The notes under the pieces are model-generated. The model had not been told where the DNA came from. It saw only the letters and a program-made list of their open reading frames with translations, and did not search any database. Below, one piece after another: positions 51,702 through 64,000 of a stretch of 64,000 nt of DNA. The stretch is from an uncultured Chlamydiae bacterium (GTDB taxonomy: Bacteria > Chlamydiota > Chlamydiia > Chlamydiales > SM23-39): positions 166,806 through 230,805 of the forward strand of contig CAVSSM010000007.1 in the NCBI GenBank assembly GCA_963730605.1. The letters are read 5' to 3'. Positions within the stretch are counted from its first letter, which is position 1, and every line of letters starts with the position of its first letter. Both the position numbers and the translations under genes were made by a program.

Positions 51702-53135
51702 TTATCCCTTTGCGATGTGCTTTGCCAATTGGCTGAAAATAAGAGCATGAAACGGGTAAAGACTATACCAATAAAACCTACCCCAGACTCCATTGGGACG
51801 AAAAGAGGCTGTTTGTTTCAGAGTTCCCCCTGTTTCATGAGGGATGATCTCAAATTCAAGCCACGCTTCACCTGGCAATTTCATTTCAGCATAGAGAAGT
51901 AAGCGTCGATTTTTTTCATCCGCTAACAAAACGCGCCAGAAATCGAGAGCGTCTCCTACTTTCAGTCGCGTTGGATGAGTTCTGCCTCGGCGCAGCCCAA
52001 TTCCTCCCACCAATTTATCCAGAAAACCCCTGAGTTTCCAAGCCCAATTCATTGCAAGCCAACCCCGATCTCCACCTAGAGACCAAATCCGTTTTTGCAC
52101 TTGTTCTATAGGACAAGAAAAAGGAATGGTCCGTCTATCGCTCAAGATGCCGAATTTAGGAACGTGGACATAAATGGAAAGATCGGGATTTAAAGTGGAG
52201 CCACTTAACGTATCTTTCCAGCTTGAAGGTACCCAATCTTCTTCGGTACGGGTAAAAGCCAGTTGCAGTGCCTCTTCATAAGAGAGTAGTTTTCTAGGAA
52301 AAAGCATTTGAATTCGATTTTCTTTACAAACCGCATTATTAATGAGACTTTCGACTAGGAAACGGGCAAGTGAAAAGCTTGTGCTAGTCACAAAGAAAAG
52401 CCAGTAGGAGGAGAGGCGCGGCGTAAGAACGGGAACCGTAAAAATTTTCCGCTTCAACCCCCGCATTTTAGCGAAATTTAATAGAAGGTCTTTGTAGCTC
52501 ATGACATCAGGTCCTCCGATCTCAAAGGACTGTCCAAAGCAGGCAGGATTGCCCAAAACAAGCGTCAGATAAGCTAGAACATCGCTTATGGCGATCGGTT
52601 GGGTGAGCTGCTTAAGCCATTTTGGTGCAATCATAATGGGCAGTTTTTCAACCAAGTCTCGGATAATTTCAAATGAAGCACTTCCTGAACCGATGATGAT
52701 CCCAGCCATTAAAATAGTCACAGGAACTTTTCCTTCTCGGAGGATTTCTCCGACCCTTTTTCTCGAGGTTAAATGACGGGAAAGATGGGCTTCGTTTGAG
52801 AGACCGCTCAAGTAGATGATTTGTTTCGCTTGTGTATTTTCCAACCGACTCACAAAATTTTTTGCTGAAGCAGCTTCCAATTCGGAAAATTTTTGCGAAT
52901 AACTCATTGAATGGACTAGATAGTAAGCTGCATCGATATCATCGGGAATCTTTAGCAAAGAGGAAGGATCAAGGAGATCAGCTTCAATGACATGAAGTTG
53001 AGATTGGAATTTCTCGGGAATTTCAATTCTAGAGCGGCTTCTTACCAGGGCATAGATCTCATGCCCCTCCTCTACCAAACGAGGAAGAAGGCGAGTTCCA
53101 ATATACCCATTAGCTCCAGTAAGTAAGATTTTCAT
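51702..53135 (-). CDS. SDR-family NAD(P)-binding protein with DUF2867
   Basis: TGANGYIG, YYLVHSM, GSGSASFE, GDALDFWRV, AEMKLPGEAWLEF. Confidence 0.9.
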   Translation of the reverse strand: MKILLTGANGYIGTRLLPRLVEEGHEIYALVRSRSRIEIPEKFQSQLHVIEADLLDPSSLLKIPDDIDAAYYLVHSMSYSQKFSELEAASAKNFVSRLENTQAKQIIYLSGLSNEAHLSRHLTSRKRVGEILREGKVPVTILMAGIIIGSGSASFEIIRDLVEKLPIMIAPKWLKQLTQPIAISDVLAYLTLVLGNPACFGQSFEIGGPDVMSYKDLLLNFAKMRGLKRKIFTVPVLTPRLSSYWLFFVTSTSFSLARFLVESLINNAVCKENRIQMLFPRKLLSYEEALQLAFTRTEEDWVPSSWKDTLSGSTLNPDLSIYVHVPKFGILSDRRTIPFSCPIEQVQKRIWSLGGDRGWLAMNWAWKLRGFLDKLVGGIGLRRGRTHPTRLKVGDALDFWRVLLADEKNRRLLLYAEMKLPGEAWLEFEIIPHETGGTLKQTASFRPNGVWGRFYWYSLYPFHALIFSQLAKHIAKG

Positions 53136-53147
53136 AGTCTACTCTGG

Positions 53148-54185
53148 CTAAGGGGTTAATATCACTTTCAACGCGTTTTGTTCAGCGGCATGACCAAAGA
53201 CTTCATAAGCTCGCATAGCATCTGCTAAGGCAAAATGATGAGTGATCAATTTCTCTGGCTGTAATTGATCATTTTCGACGAGACGCAATAAATTAGGGAT
53301 AGAAAAGGTATCTACTAGAGCTGTCGTGAGAGTTATATTTCGATCCCAAAGTTTTTCGAGGTGTAAGTCCACGCTTTTTCCATGGACGCCAATGTTCGCG
53401 AGATAGCCTCCAGGAGCGAGGATCGCTTGGCATATGTTAAAGGCTTCGGGGGTGCCGACTGCTTCTACTGAAACATCCACCCCTTTTTGGCGAGTGTGTT
53501 CTAAAATCTTTAGCACAGCTTTCCCGTCTCTCCCGTTGATAGTTAGGGTCGCTCCTAGTTTTTTGGCTACCTCTAAGCGAAAATCATCTACATCCACCAA
53601 GATGATTTGGCTGGGAAAGTAGAATTGGGCTGTCAATAAAACGGCTAAACCTATTGGCCCTGCGCCAATAATCGCGACAACATCGCCCAATTTTATTTGT
53701 CCCTTTAAAACTCCTGCTTCGTAGCCCGTTGGGAAAATATCGCTCAACAAGACAAGTGCTTCCTCATTTAGATGCGGAGGGAGCTGATGAAGGCTTGTGT
53801 CAGCGTAAGGAATGCGTACATATTCAGCTTGGGTTCCATCAATGCGCTGTCCGAGCAGCCATCCTCCATCAGAACAGTGGGAGTACATTTTCTCTTTGCA
53901 ATGAGCGCAGCGTCCACAAGAAGTAATGCAAGAAATAAGGACTTTATCTCCTATTTTAAAATCTAAAACTCCTTCTCCAATTGCTTCAATAACGCCGATT
54001 CCTTCATGTCCCAGTGTGCGGCCTACGTCAACTGTAGGGACGTCGCCTTTACAGATATGAAGATCTGTGCCGCAAATCGTTGTTTTCAAAATTTTCACAA
54101 GGCAGTCTGTCGGTTTTTCAAGGCGGGGTTTAGGCTTTTCTTCGAGGGCGAGTTTCCCAGGACCACGATATACGACTGCTTTCAT
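53148..54185 (-). CDS. Zinc-dependent alcohol dehydrogenase
   Basis: ICGTDLH, GHEG, CGRCAHC...C, GAGPIG. Confidence 0.93.
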   Translation of the reverse strand: MKAVVYRGPGKLALEEKPKPRLEKPTDCLVKILKTTICGTDLHICKGDVPTVDVGRTLGHEGIGVIEAIGEGVLDFKIGDKVLISCITSCGRCAHCKEKMYSHCSDGGWLLGQRIDGTQAEYVRIPYADTSLHQLPPHLNEEALVLLSDIFPTGYEAGVLKGQIKLGDVVAIIGAGPIGLAVLLTAQFYFPSQIILVDVDDFRLEVAKKLGATLTINGRDGKAVLKILEHTRQKGVDVSVEAVGTPEAFNICQAILAPGGYLANIGVHGKSVDLHLEKLWDRNITLTTALVDTFSIPNLLRLVENDQLQPEKLITHHFALADAMRAYEVFGHAAEQNALKVILTP

Positions 54186-54213
54186 CTTTTTACTTCCTAT
54201 AAGTCGAGTGGAT

Positions 54214-56837
54214 TCATTTTCTTTGAGCCTTTGTATGCTTTTTATTTTTCAGAATTTCCTGCTCCGCTTGTCTCCAATCCTGATCCGCTAGACCGTCCTG
54301 GTGGCCTCGCTGCTCATATAGTTCGTAGGCGCGTTTAGAGATCTGTGAGGTTAAATCAGAGGAGGTCTTCGGTTTAACTGGATCAAAAATCCGATAGGCA
54401 AGCCATTTTACTTGATCATTTAGGAGGAACCATACAATGGCATAGCCCCAAACAAAACCGGCCCATTTCCAGCCGAGGGGGGTCATAAGTAGCCCATAAA
54501 CAGCAATCAAAGTCGCTATCATTTGCGTGCCGAGGACTGCTCCCCATAAAATATTTGCAGGTCGGATGGTCCAGAACGGACCCCGCGTACGCGTCAGGAA
54601 AATCGTCAGATGCCCGGCTACAGACAATTTCAAATACATCAGCGTTTGGATATGTGGACGGTCGAGATGAAAGACGCGCTCGCCAAGATAAAATAAACCG
54701 AAGGCAGACACGACGCCGATGAGGCCCAAGGCTGTGGCAACCCCAAGCACCATCCGCATGTTCCAGCCTTCAGGCTGATTCTTATAGTGAACATTGTCAT
54801 AGGCAATAGATAGAATGGCGCCGTCGTTGAGCAATGCCAGCATTACGATCATCACCGCTGTCAATGGATAGAAATTAAAGATCAGAATGGCCAGCGTCAT
54901 GAAAAACAGCACGCGCAGCGTCTCGGCGATCCGATAGATCGCATAGCTGTTCATCCGTTGAAAAATTTTCCGGCTCTCCTTGATCGCATCAATAATTACA
55001 GACAGGCCGGGAGTTAGCAAGCACAATGGCCGCTGCTGCGCGCGCTGCATCTGTTGCGCTTGAAACAGCGATGCCGCAGTCGGCTTTTTTCAGTGCAGGA
55101 GCGTCATTCACTCCATCGCCCGTCATGCCAACGATATGGCCTCGTTTTTGCAGGACATCTACAATATGGAACTTGTGTTCAGGGAACACCTGGGCAAAAC
55201 CATCAGCCTTCTCGATCGACTCGGCAACTTGAGCTGTCTCTTGCTTCTTTGACGTCGCCAAGGCCGGTGGCATCGAGAATGTTTGTGCCCATGCCTAATT
55301 TTTTGGCAGTTTCCTTGGCAATGGCCAGTTGATCACCCGTGACCATCTTGACTTTCACACCCATTTGAGTTGCGGTCGCAATGGTTGCCTTGGCGTCTTC
55401 TCTCGGTGGATCGAACAGGGGTAATACGCCGAGAAACTGCCACCTCCCTCTCCATCGGCCCGCGCTACGCCAAGCGATCGAAATCCACGCGCTGCAAATT
55501 CGTTGACGGCTTTTTCAACTTCAGCTCTTTCACTTGGGCCGCATTAGCCGATAAGGCCAAAATCACTTGAGGCGCACCCTTCGTCACCTTGAACTCTTTT
55601 CCATCCTGGCCTTTGATAGCGGCTTCGGTCCGTTTATGCACCGCATCAAATGGCTGGAAATGGACCATTTGATAACCCTTCAATGCATCTTTATTTTTTA
55701 AACCGCCCAAAACAGCGAGATCAATGGTGTCGTTATTTTCCGCGCGCGATGCAAGAGCGGCATAGAGAATCACTTGCTCGGCGGGAATATTGTTCACGCT
55801 GAACGGATCGCCGAGTGTTAGCTTGTTTTGGGTCAAAGTGCCGGTCTTGTCCGCACACAAGATGTCTACGCCTGCCAACTCCTCAATAGCCACAAGCCGG
55901 CTCACAATCGCTTGTTTTTTGGCAAGCAAACGAGCCCCGACCGCCATCGTTACCGACAATACCGTTGGCATTGCTACGGGGATCGAGGCAACGGTCAGAA
56001 CTAAGGCAAACTGCAGCGTGGTGAGGATCGGATCTCCTCGGAAGATCGCAACGGTAATGATTCCCGCAACCAAAACGCCTGCGAGAATGATCAGATAATT
56101 GCCGATCTTCAAAACCGCTTTTTGAAAATGACTGACGGTGTGCGCTTCTTGTACTAGTTGTGCCGTCTTACCGAAGTAGGTATTCATACCGGTTCCATAG
56201 ACGAATGCGTCGATTTCACCCTGCCGGACAATCGACCCTGAAAACACCGCCTCGCCAGATTTGCGTGTGACAGGCAATGATTCTCCCGTCAGAGCAGACT
56301 GATCTACTTCGACAGGATCGCCATCCAGAAGCCTGGCATCCGCAGGTACAATGTCGCCCGAGCGCAATCGGATGACGTCTCCTGGAACCAACTCACGTGC
56401 CGCCGGAGTGATCCACTTCCCATCGCGTTTCACTCGAGCCTTAATCGCAAGCTGGGCTTTCAGAGCAGCAATGCGCACTGGCTGCCTTGTGTTCTTCCCA
56501 GAATCCGACTACGGCATTGGCAAAAAGTAAAAGGAGAATAATGAAAAAATCTGGCCAGTGGCGAACCACGCCGGATAGAATCACCGCTATTTCAATCATC
56601 CATGGAATAGGACCCCAAAAATAGCAAAGGAATTTTAGAAATGGATTCGTTTTCTTTTCTTCGATCTCGTTAGACCCATATTGAGTCAGCCGTTTTGCCG
56701 CTTCAGCTTCAGTAAGGCCATCCGGAGAGAATCCCAATTTTTTCTTAACCTCTTCCAGAGGAGAGAGATTTTAGATCCTCATTCGCATTGGGATTTTTCG
56801 ATACTGGAGCTTTAGGTTTATCGGCATTAGGTTCCAT
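54214..56837 (-). CDS. Second P3A H+-ATPase with a C-terminal DUF2934-like tail (multiple frameshifts)
   Basis: Fragments carry [17 protein letters not shown] and [12 protein letters not shown]; tail [25 protein letters not shown]. Confidence 0.85.
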
Positions 56838-56863
56838 TAATAATTGGCCTCTTGTTTTTGCCA

Positions 56864-57070
56864 TTAGAAAGTGCCTTCTTTTTTTCGTTTTTTTGTTTCT
56901 TCTGGACTGAGAGCCTCTTCTTCTTCGTGATATTGATAGTCTTCAGTGTCGCCTCTTGCATCCTCCGGCGTCATGAATGGTTTTTTTAAATAATCACCTG
57001 TCCCTTTATCATGATCAAAATTAAGAGGCTTAGGATTATCAGATTTTTCTTTCTTTTTTTTACGTGACAT
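56864..57070 (-). CDS. Small charged hypothetical protein
   Basis: 68 aa, RBS GGAG, lies within the operon. Confidence 0.6.
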   Translation of the reverse strand: MSRKKKKEKSDNPKPLNFDHDKGTGDYLKKPFMTPEDARGDTEDYQYHEEEEALSPEETKKRKKEGTF

Positions 57071-57080
57071 ATAACTCTCC

Positions 57081-58108
57081 CTAGTTTAGCTTTTTTATTG
57101 CGATATTGTATTCGCCGCGGCGCGCTAGCTTATTGCATAGGGCTCGGGTGTAAAGAGCTTGCTGTGCCGCAGGCACGTTGCCTTCCTTTCCTTGCCAAAT
57201 CTCCAAAGCTGGCTGTTGAATAGCCCGAGCAAATGAAAACGCTAACGCCCAAGGCAGTCGTGATTTGAATCTAATATTCATAGCATTCAAACGGGCTGAG
57301 GCCAATTCACCGCTTTGTCCGCCTGACAAGAACGCAATCCCTGGAACAGCAGCGGGGACAGTTCGCAAGAGACAATTCACTGTAGCATCGGCAACGAAGT
57401 CTACTGTCTCTTGCTTGGGGCAGGTCAATCCAGGAAGCACCATATTGGGTTTCAGGATCATACCTTCCAGCATGACTCGTTGTGTGTAAAGCTGATTGAA
57501 GACTGTGTGTAAAACTTCTTCTGTTACCTGCGAAGCACTGATCCAATGTATGCTCGCCTTCCATGAGAACTTCTGGTTCGACGACGGGGACCAATCCAGC
57601 TTCTTGGCACAAAGCGGCATAGCGGGCTAGAGTCTGCGCGTTAGCCTCGATGCAGCCTCGGCTGGGAATGTCATTTCCTAAGGCAATCACTGCGCGCCAT
57701 TTGGCAAAACGGGCGCCCATTTGTGAATATTCAGCCAACCGCTCGCGCAATCCGTCCAGACCTTCGGTTATTTTCTCTCCGGGGTGATTTGCCATGTCCT
57801 TTGCGCCGGTGTCAACTTTAATGCCTGGAATGATTCCCGCATCGATAAGGACTTTAATAAAAGGAGTGCCATCTTTCTTCTGTTGCCGGATCGTTTCATC
57901 ATAGAGGATCGCGCCGCTGATGCATTCGCCGAGATTGGGGGTGGTTACAATCAATTCCCGATAGGCACGCCGGCTCTCTTCGGTCTGGGGAATTCCCAAC
58001 TTTGGCAAATCGTTTGTTGCAGGTTGGATTACTTTCATCCATCGCCAGCAAGCCTTTATCTCCAGCGACGAGCTTTTTCGCGGTATCTACAAGATTTTTG
58101 ATATTCAT
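57081..58108 (-). CDS. fba: Class I fructose-bisphosphate aldolase (frameshifted)
   Basis: [54 protein letters not shown]. Confidence 0.9.
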
Positions 58109-60482
58109 TTGAGGATTACCCCACTTCCAATTCCGGATTTCCGGCATATCTTGACCGTGCTTGTCGATGTAGTGTTTGTGTTCGATGAGCTTGTCCTGCA
58201 TCATCTGTTTGAGATAGGCCCCCTTAGCTCCCAAATTCGCTAGCCTGATCGATCACGTCTTGCACTAGATGAAAGCGGTCCAGGTCATTCTGAACCCGCA
58301 TGTCAAAAGCTGTCGTGATTGTACCTTCTTCCTTGTAGCCTCGAACATGCAGATTTCTGTTGGTCCGGCGATAGGTCAATCGGTGGATCAGCGTGGGATA
58401 TCCATGAAAGCCGAAGATGATGTGCTTATCTTTTGTAAAAAGAGAATCGTAATCCATCTCAGAGAGGCCATGCGGATGCTCGCTTTGGGACTGGAGCTTC
58501 ATCAGATCGACGACATTGACCACGCGGATTTTCAGATCGGGCAGATGCTCGCGAAGGATGGAAACGGCAGCCAAGATCTCCAGTGTGGGTGTATCTCCGC
58601 AGCAGCCCATCACTACGTCAGGCTCGGCATCCTGGTCGTTGCTAGCCCATTGCCAGATGCCAATTCCTTCTGTGCAGTGCACAACTGCAGCGTCCATAGT
58701 CAGCCATTGAGGGAGAGGATGTTTGCCGGCAACCACCACATTGACGTAGTTCCGGCTGCGCAAGCAGTGATCAAATACCGACAATAGGCAGTTGGCATCA
58801 GGCGGCAGGTAAACCCGCACAATAGTCGGCCTTCTTGTTGATAACGTGGTCGAGAAATCCGGGATCTTGATGCGTGAAGCCGTTATGATCCTGCTGCCAG
58901 ACATGAGAGGCGAGCAGATAATTCAGCGAAGCGATCTTCCGGCGCCAAGGCAATTCTAAGCACACCTTCAGCCACTTGGCGTGCTGGCTAAACATCGAAT
59001 CGACGATGCGGATGAACGCCTCATAACTGTTAAATAGCCCGTGCCGTCCCGGTCAGCAAATATCCTTCCAACCAACCTTCGCACTGGTGCTCGCTGAGCA
59101 TCGAATCCAGCACTTGTCCTGCGGGTGCGAGGAATTCATCATTTTTTACTTCCCTGGCATCCCACTGACGGTTGGTGACTTCAAAGACTGCGCCCAAGAG
59201 ATTCGAGAGCGTCTCATCTGGCCCGAAGATCCGAAAATTACGCTGATCCTGATTCAATTTGGCCACGTCGCGCAGAGAATTTGCCCAACACGAGCGTATC
59301 TTGACCATCAACGGCACCAGGCGCTGGCACATTTACTGCGTGTTCATGAAAGTCCGGCATGCGCAAATCACGCAGCAACAGGCCGCCATTGGCGTGAGGA
59401 TTGGCGCCCATCCGCCGGTTACCTTTCGGCGCCAGCTCAGCCAATTCCGGTATAAGCTTTCCATTCTCATCAAACAGTTCTTCTGCTTTGTAGCTTTTCA
59501 TCCAGCTTTCAAGTTGCTGGACGTGCTCAGGATGCTCGGCGTTTACTAGAATCGGTACCTGGTGCGCTCGAAATGTGCCTTCAATTTGCAGACCCATCGA
59601 CGACTTTTAGGCCCCGTCCAGCCTTTAGGCGATCTCAGGACAATCATCGGCCATCGCCGTCTTGTGGTGTCGTTTTTACTGCGTGCATTGTCTTGGATTT
59701 GCTGAATGTCTTCGATTGCCTTTTCCATAGACGCAGCCATGAGTTGATGCATCACTTCCGGTTCATCTGCCTTCTACAAAATAGGGCGTCCAGCCGCAGC
59801 CTCGTAAAAATTGCTCCAATTCCTCATGCTCGATGCGGGCCAAAACGGTCGGGTTGCTGATCTTATAGCCATTGAGGTGGAGGATCGGCAGCACAGCTCC
59901 ATCAGTAATGGGATCGAGAAATTTATTGGACTGCCATGCTGTTGCCAAAGGACCTGTTTCCGCTTCGCCGTCGCCAATGACACAGGCGACAATCAGATCG
60001 GGGTTGTCAAACACGGCTCCAAAGGCATGGCTGAGTGAATACCCCAGCTCGCCGCCTTCATGAATCGACCCTGGAGTTGTTGGGGCAACATGGCTGGAAA
60101 TTCCGCCTGGAAACGAGAATTGCTTGAACAGCTTTTTCATTCCCGCTTCGTCTTGGCTGATATCTGGATAAATCTCACTATAGGAACCTTCAAGATAAGT
60201 ATTGGCTACTAGAGCCGGACCACCATGGCCGGGACCTGCGATGTAAAACATATTCAGATCATATTTCTTGATCACCCGGTTCAAATGCACATAGATGAAG
60301 TTCTGGCCTGGCGTTGTTCCCCAATGTCCGACCACGAGCGGCTTCACATCCGACAATGATAGCGGCCGCTTTAGCAGTGGATTATCGTAGAGATAAATCT
60401 GACCGACCGATAGATAGTTGGCGGCCCGCCAATAGGCATCCATCTTATGAAGCAGTTCTGGTGAAAGAATATTTGTTGTCAT
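58105..60482 (-). CDS. xfp: Phosphoketolase, second copy (multiple frameshifts)
   Basis: Collinear fragments highly similar to 24869-27229. Confidence 0.9.
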
Positions 60483-61691
60483 GGCTCTACTTCCTTTGTT
60501 CCAAGACCGAGAACGCGGCAAACCGTCTTGGCTATCATCCATTCTTCGTCCGTACGAATGACGCGAACCGCAACGCGGCTATTGTCCGGAAGAAATCACA
60601 CCTTCATTCGCACTGTTTTGCTTTTCTTCGAGTTCGATTCCAAGAAATTCCAGGCCTTCGCAAATCCTAGCCCGTACAACAGGCGCATTCTCTCCGATGC
60701 CGCCAGCGAACACTAGCGTATCCAGACCACCCAAAGCCGCTGCAAATGAGCCAATCCATTTTTTAACCTGGTAACAAAAGAGCGCTATAGCTTCAGCAGC
60801 CCGCACATCCTTTGCTTCAGCTTTCAGCAAGTCATGCATGTCGGAACTGGTCTCCGAAATTCCGAGCAATCCGGACTCGAAATTGACCATCTCATTGAAT
60901 CGTTTTGCATCGAATCCTTCGGTGCGTGCCAAATACCAAACCAGTCCAGGATCGAGATCGCCCGAACGAGTGCTCATCGGCACTCCGGCTGTCGGCGTGA
61001 AACTCATGCTTGTATCTATCGATTTGCCATCTCGTACCGCTGCCAGGCTCGCGCCATTGCCAAGATGAGCAAGAATGACTCGGCCTTGTGCTGCTTCTGA
61101 TCCTGCCAGGCGGCCTAATTCCCCAATAAGAAACTCATACGACAGCCCATGAAATCCATACCGCCTCACCCCTTGCGCTTCAAAGCGTCGCGGGATCGGC
61201 AACATTTTAGCCACACGAGGCAGGTCATGATGAAAAGCAGTATCGAAACAAGCCCATTGGGTCAAATTAGGAAACCTGCGATGAAACGCCTCAACAAGCT
61301 GGATCTCTTCCGGCATATGTTCAGGATCAAAAGACTCGAAGCTCATGCAGATCTTCGATCATTTTCGGAGTGATTTGCTCCGGTTTCCAATACTTCGGAC
61401 CGCCATGCACCATGCGATGCCCTACCGCAGTCAATGCATCGTGTTGACTGCGTTGTTCGATCCAATCCATCAGGAAGCCTACTGCTGCCGTATGATCTGT
61501 CGCCGCTATCGGCCTTGAGAAATTGTCCGCCGGGTTTACACCCTTCACTCGCAAAGCAGCGTCATCCAATCCAATCCGCTCGATCGTGCCCTCTAGAATC
61601 CGTCGAAGAGAGTCATCACTTCAAACAGCGCAAACTTGATGCTCGAAGAGCCGCCATTGATCGTCAGGATGCGCGATTTAGCTGGTTTCAT
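60479..61691 (-). CDS. ackA: Acetate kinase (frameshifted)
   Basis: [47 protein letters not shown]. Confidence 0.9.
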
Positions 61692-62340
61692 GGATAGCTC
61701 CTTCGTAATTATGCAATCCAAACGAAGCTAATTTCGTACAGGTGGATTTATAATCTGTGTGAAGAATGCTTCGAATCCCCAGCCCTTCAGCGATCTCGAC
61801 AAACATCGGGGTGTTTTCAATATAGAGCACCTTTTGAGGCTCCGCTTGAGCGATATCCAACGCAAGCCGAAAAATTTCCTTGTCTGGTTTGCGGATGTGG
61901 ACGAAGCAGGAAGAAATAAAAGAATCTATAAAGCGATTCAGCTTGAACGTTCGAATCCGATACGCATTTAGTTCTCGCGCTTCGTTGCTAACAACAACGA
62001 TTTTCAATCCATGCCGAACCTTGAGTTGAGTAACCATCTCGATCATCTCAGAATAAGGTTTCGATTGCGCGAACATAAAACGTCGAAACTGAGCCCGAGT
62101 AAACGATCGCTTTTGGTAGAAGACCACTAGATTTAAATATTCTTCTAGAGTGATCTTTCCTTTCTCATAGATTTCGAAGATTAGGTGATGCCGATCTTCT
62201 ATATCGGAAAACTTGAATTTGAAGTTGATCGCTGCCCGTTTGCGGGCATGATGATCCCAGCCGTTAGTGAGCAGGACGCCGCCGATATCCAGAAATAAGT
62301 GTGTGATTGCCGCATTTTTCATCGCGTTTTTCTTCGACAT
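61678..62340 (-). CDS. HAD-family phosphatase
   Basis: LFLDIGGVLL, VSNE, RKPD..IF. Confidence 0.88.
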   Translation of the reverse strand: MSKKNAMKNAAITHLFLDIGGVLLTNGWDHHARKRAAINFKFKFSDIEDRHHLIFEIYEKGKITLEEYLNLVVFYQKRSFTRAQFRRFMFAQSKPYSEMIEMVTQLKVRHGLKIVVVSNEARELNAYRIRTFKLNRFIDSFISSCFVHIRKPDKEIFRLALDIAQAEPQKVLYIENTPMFVEIAEGLGIRSILHTDYKSTCTKLASFGLHNYEGAIHETS

Positions 62341-62565
62341 ATCGGGGTTTATTCACTAGCAACGAATTTTTCATCATTTTCTTATTTTTTTGTAAATGTG
62401 CTCTAGCGAATGATAAATCTGCTCCAATTGTTGTATCTAAAAAATTGGATAAAAGATCAATAAGAAAGCATACGAGTAAAGGCAGAACCCAAGCCAAGAC
62501 TTGAAATTATTCACCCTAAAGGATATGTCCCCAAAATAGGGCTAATCTTAAAGCGGGGATATTCT

Positions 62566-63925
62566 ATGAGGGTTTTTCTTTTTTATACTCTTGCGATCCC
62601 TCTTCTTGTCTTTGGTCAGCAAGATTCCAAAGAAGAGATTCCCTCCCAGGCTGCAAGAAAAAAATCGAAGTCAAGCCGGTTACTCAGGATAGTGAAATTC
62701 AAAAACGTCTGGAAGATATCCTCAATGCGACAGGCTGGTTTACAGAAGTTTCTGTTGAGGTAAAAGAAGGTGTTGTTTTCTTATCCGGCAATACGAAAAA
62801 CAAAGACTTTAAGAAATGGGCTGGCAATTTAGCGAGAAACACACAAAACGTAGTAGCCGTTGTAAATAAGATTGAGGTGAGTGAACCCTCTCTCACTGAT
62901 TTTAGCATAATTACGCAAATCCTTAGGAATCACTGGCGCGGTTTCGTTAAATCCCTCCCTTCCCTCATCATCGGAATCATCATTTTGATCACTGCTTGGG
63001 GACTAGCTCGTTTAGGCTCTTTAATGACGCGGGCTTTGCTTGGCCGCAAACACCGCAAATCGCTATTGCAAGATGTGATTGCGCGTGGCGTTGGGATCCT
63101 ATCATTTTTCTTCTGGGAGTTTATCTCATTTTTGAAATCGCCGATCTGACTGGCGCGGCCTTAACCATCATTAGCGGAACTGGCTTGCTGGGCATCATCT
63201 TGGGGATTGCCTTCCGAGATATCACGGAGAACTTTTTGGCGAGTATCTTGCTGAGCATACATAACCCATTTCAAACGGGCGATCTAGTTGAGATTGCAGG
63301 ATTTACCGGTTATGTACAGGGACTCACAATGAGAGTGACTCTTTTGATGTCGTTGGATGGCAATCATATTCAGATTCCGAACTCGATTGTGTATAAAAGT
63401 AACATCCGCAACTATACGAGCAATCCGAATCGGCGCGAGGAGTTTTTGGTCGGCATAGGCTATGACGACACAATTTCTCAAGCTCAAGAGATTGCCTTAA
63501 ACGTTCTAGAAAAACATGAAGCTGTGCTCAAAGATCCTGAACCCTGGGTTTTGGTGGATAGTTTGGGTAAAGCGACCATCAATCTACGCGTCTATTTCTG
63601 GTTAGATGGCAGCCAACATAGCTGGTTGAAGGTGCGATCGTCAGTCATCCGTTTAGTGAAGCGAGCTTTTCAGGCGGAGGGAATTTCTATGCCAGATGAA
63701 GCGCGCGAAGTCATTTTCCCAAAAGGCATTTCAGTTCAGATGCTCGAGTCAGAAGAAGGGAAAGCAATGCCCGAAAAGCCGGTTCCAAAAGAGCCTGAAA
63801 ACCTAGCTACGGACAGTGAATCAGGGCTTCGCAGTGAAGCAGAAGAGATTAAAGAGCAGGGGAAGCAAGCTCGGCTTCCGGAAGGGGGGAAAAATTTCTT
63901 AGCCCCTGTACACAACAAAACTTAA
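62566..63925 (+). CDS. BON-domain plus MscS mechanosensitive channel (frameshifted)
   Basis: Signal peptide; VEVKEGVVFLSG...VVAVVNKIEV (BON); GIAFRDITENF, PFQTGDLVEI, IPNS (MscS). Confidence 0.85.
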
Positions 63926-64000
63926 ATCCAAGTGTAAATTTAAAACGGGACATTCCATTTTTGCTGTAACAGTTATCCTGTCGCTTTTTTTATATGCCGT

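Noticed and set aside
57899..58234. Apparent Xfp-aldolase translational fusion
   Set aside because: It depends on a G4 run in an indel-rich region. One fewer G gives W-V-I-L-K-stop with the usual ATGA overlap, and the left xfp copy ends at WKWV.

Overview
Bacterial accessory region, possibly from an environmental Chlamydiota-like host-associated organism. That lineage guess rests only on gene content and is uncertain. The backbone is a tandem stack of integrative elements at a CAU-anticodon tRNA (Met/Ile2). Three displaced tRNA 3' halves (28488, 38082, 51488; minus strand) are each followed by a tyrosine integrase, and no intact tRNA gene is in the window. One element (about 28.5-38.1 kb) is phage-satellite-like: integrase, HicAB, AlpA/Xis-like protein, primase-helicase, HGGxSTG protein, FRG and CoiA-like cargo. 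The 38.1-51.5 kb block is a mosaic of several element remnants. It carries an AbiEi/AbiEii-GNAT fusion, an S66 peptidase, a Gp49-HTH toxin-antitoxin pair, YhcG and a resolvase with its res site. A fermentation/ion-homeostasis module at 51.7-63.9 kb (HAD, ackA, xfp, class I aldolase, P-type H+-ATPase, ADH, SDR, BON-MscS) is partly duplicated at 24.9-27.8 kb, with a second H+-ATPase at 3.4-5.8 kb. The left third holds an H+-ATPase/porin/secreted amidase cluster, three MITEs, many nested IS elements (IS481, IS3, ISAzo13, IS4, three IS630, IS1), a disrupted membrane-anchored Clp-type AAA gene and a SNF2-SWIM pair. Many single-base indels (36-38 kb and 54-63 kb) may be sequencing errors. All family calls come from motif recognition by eye, not from database searches.
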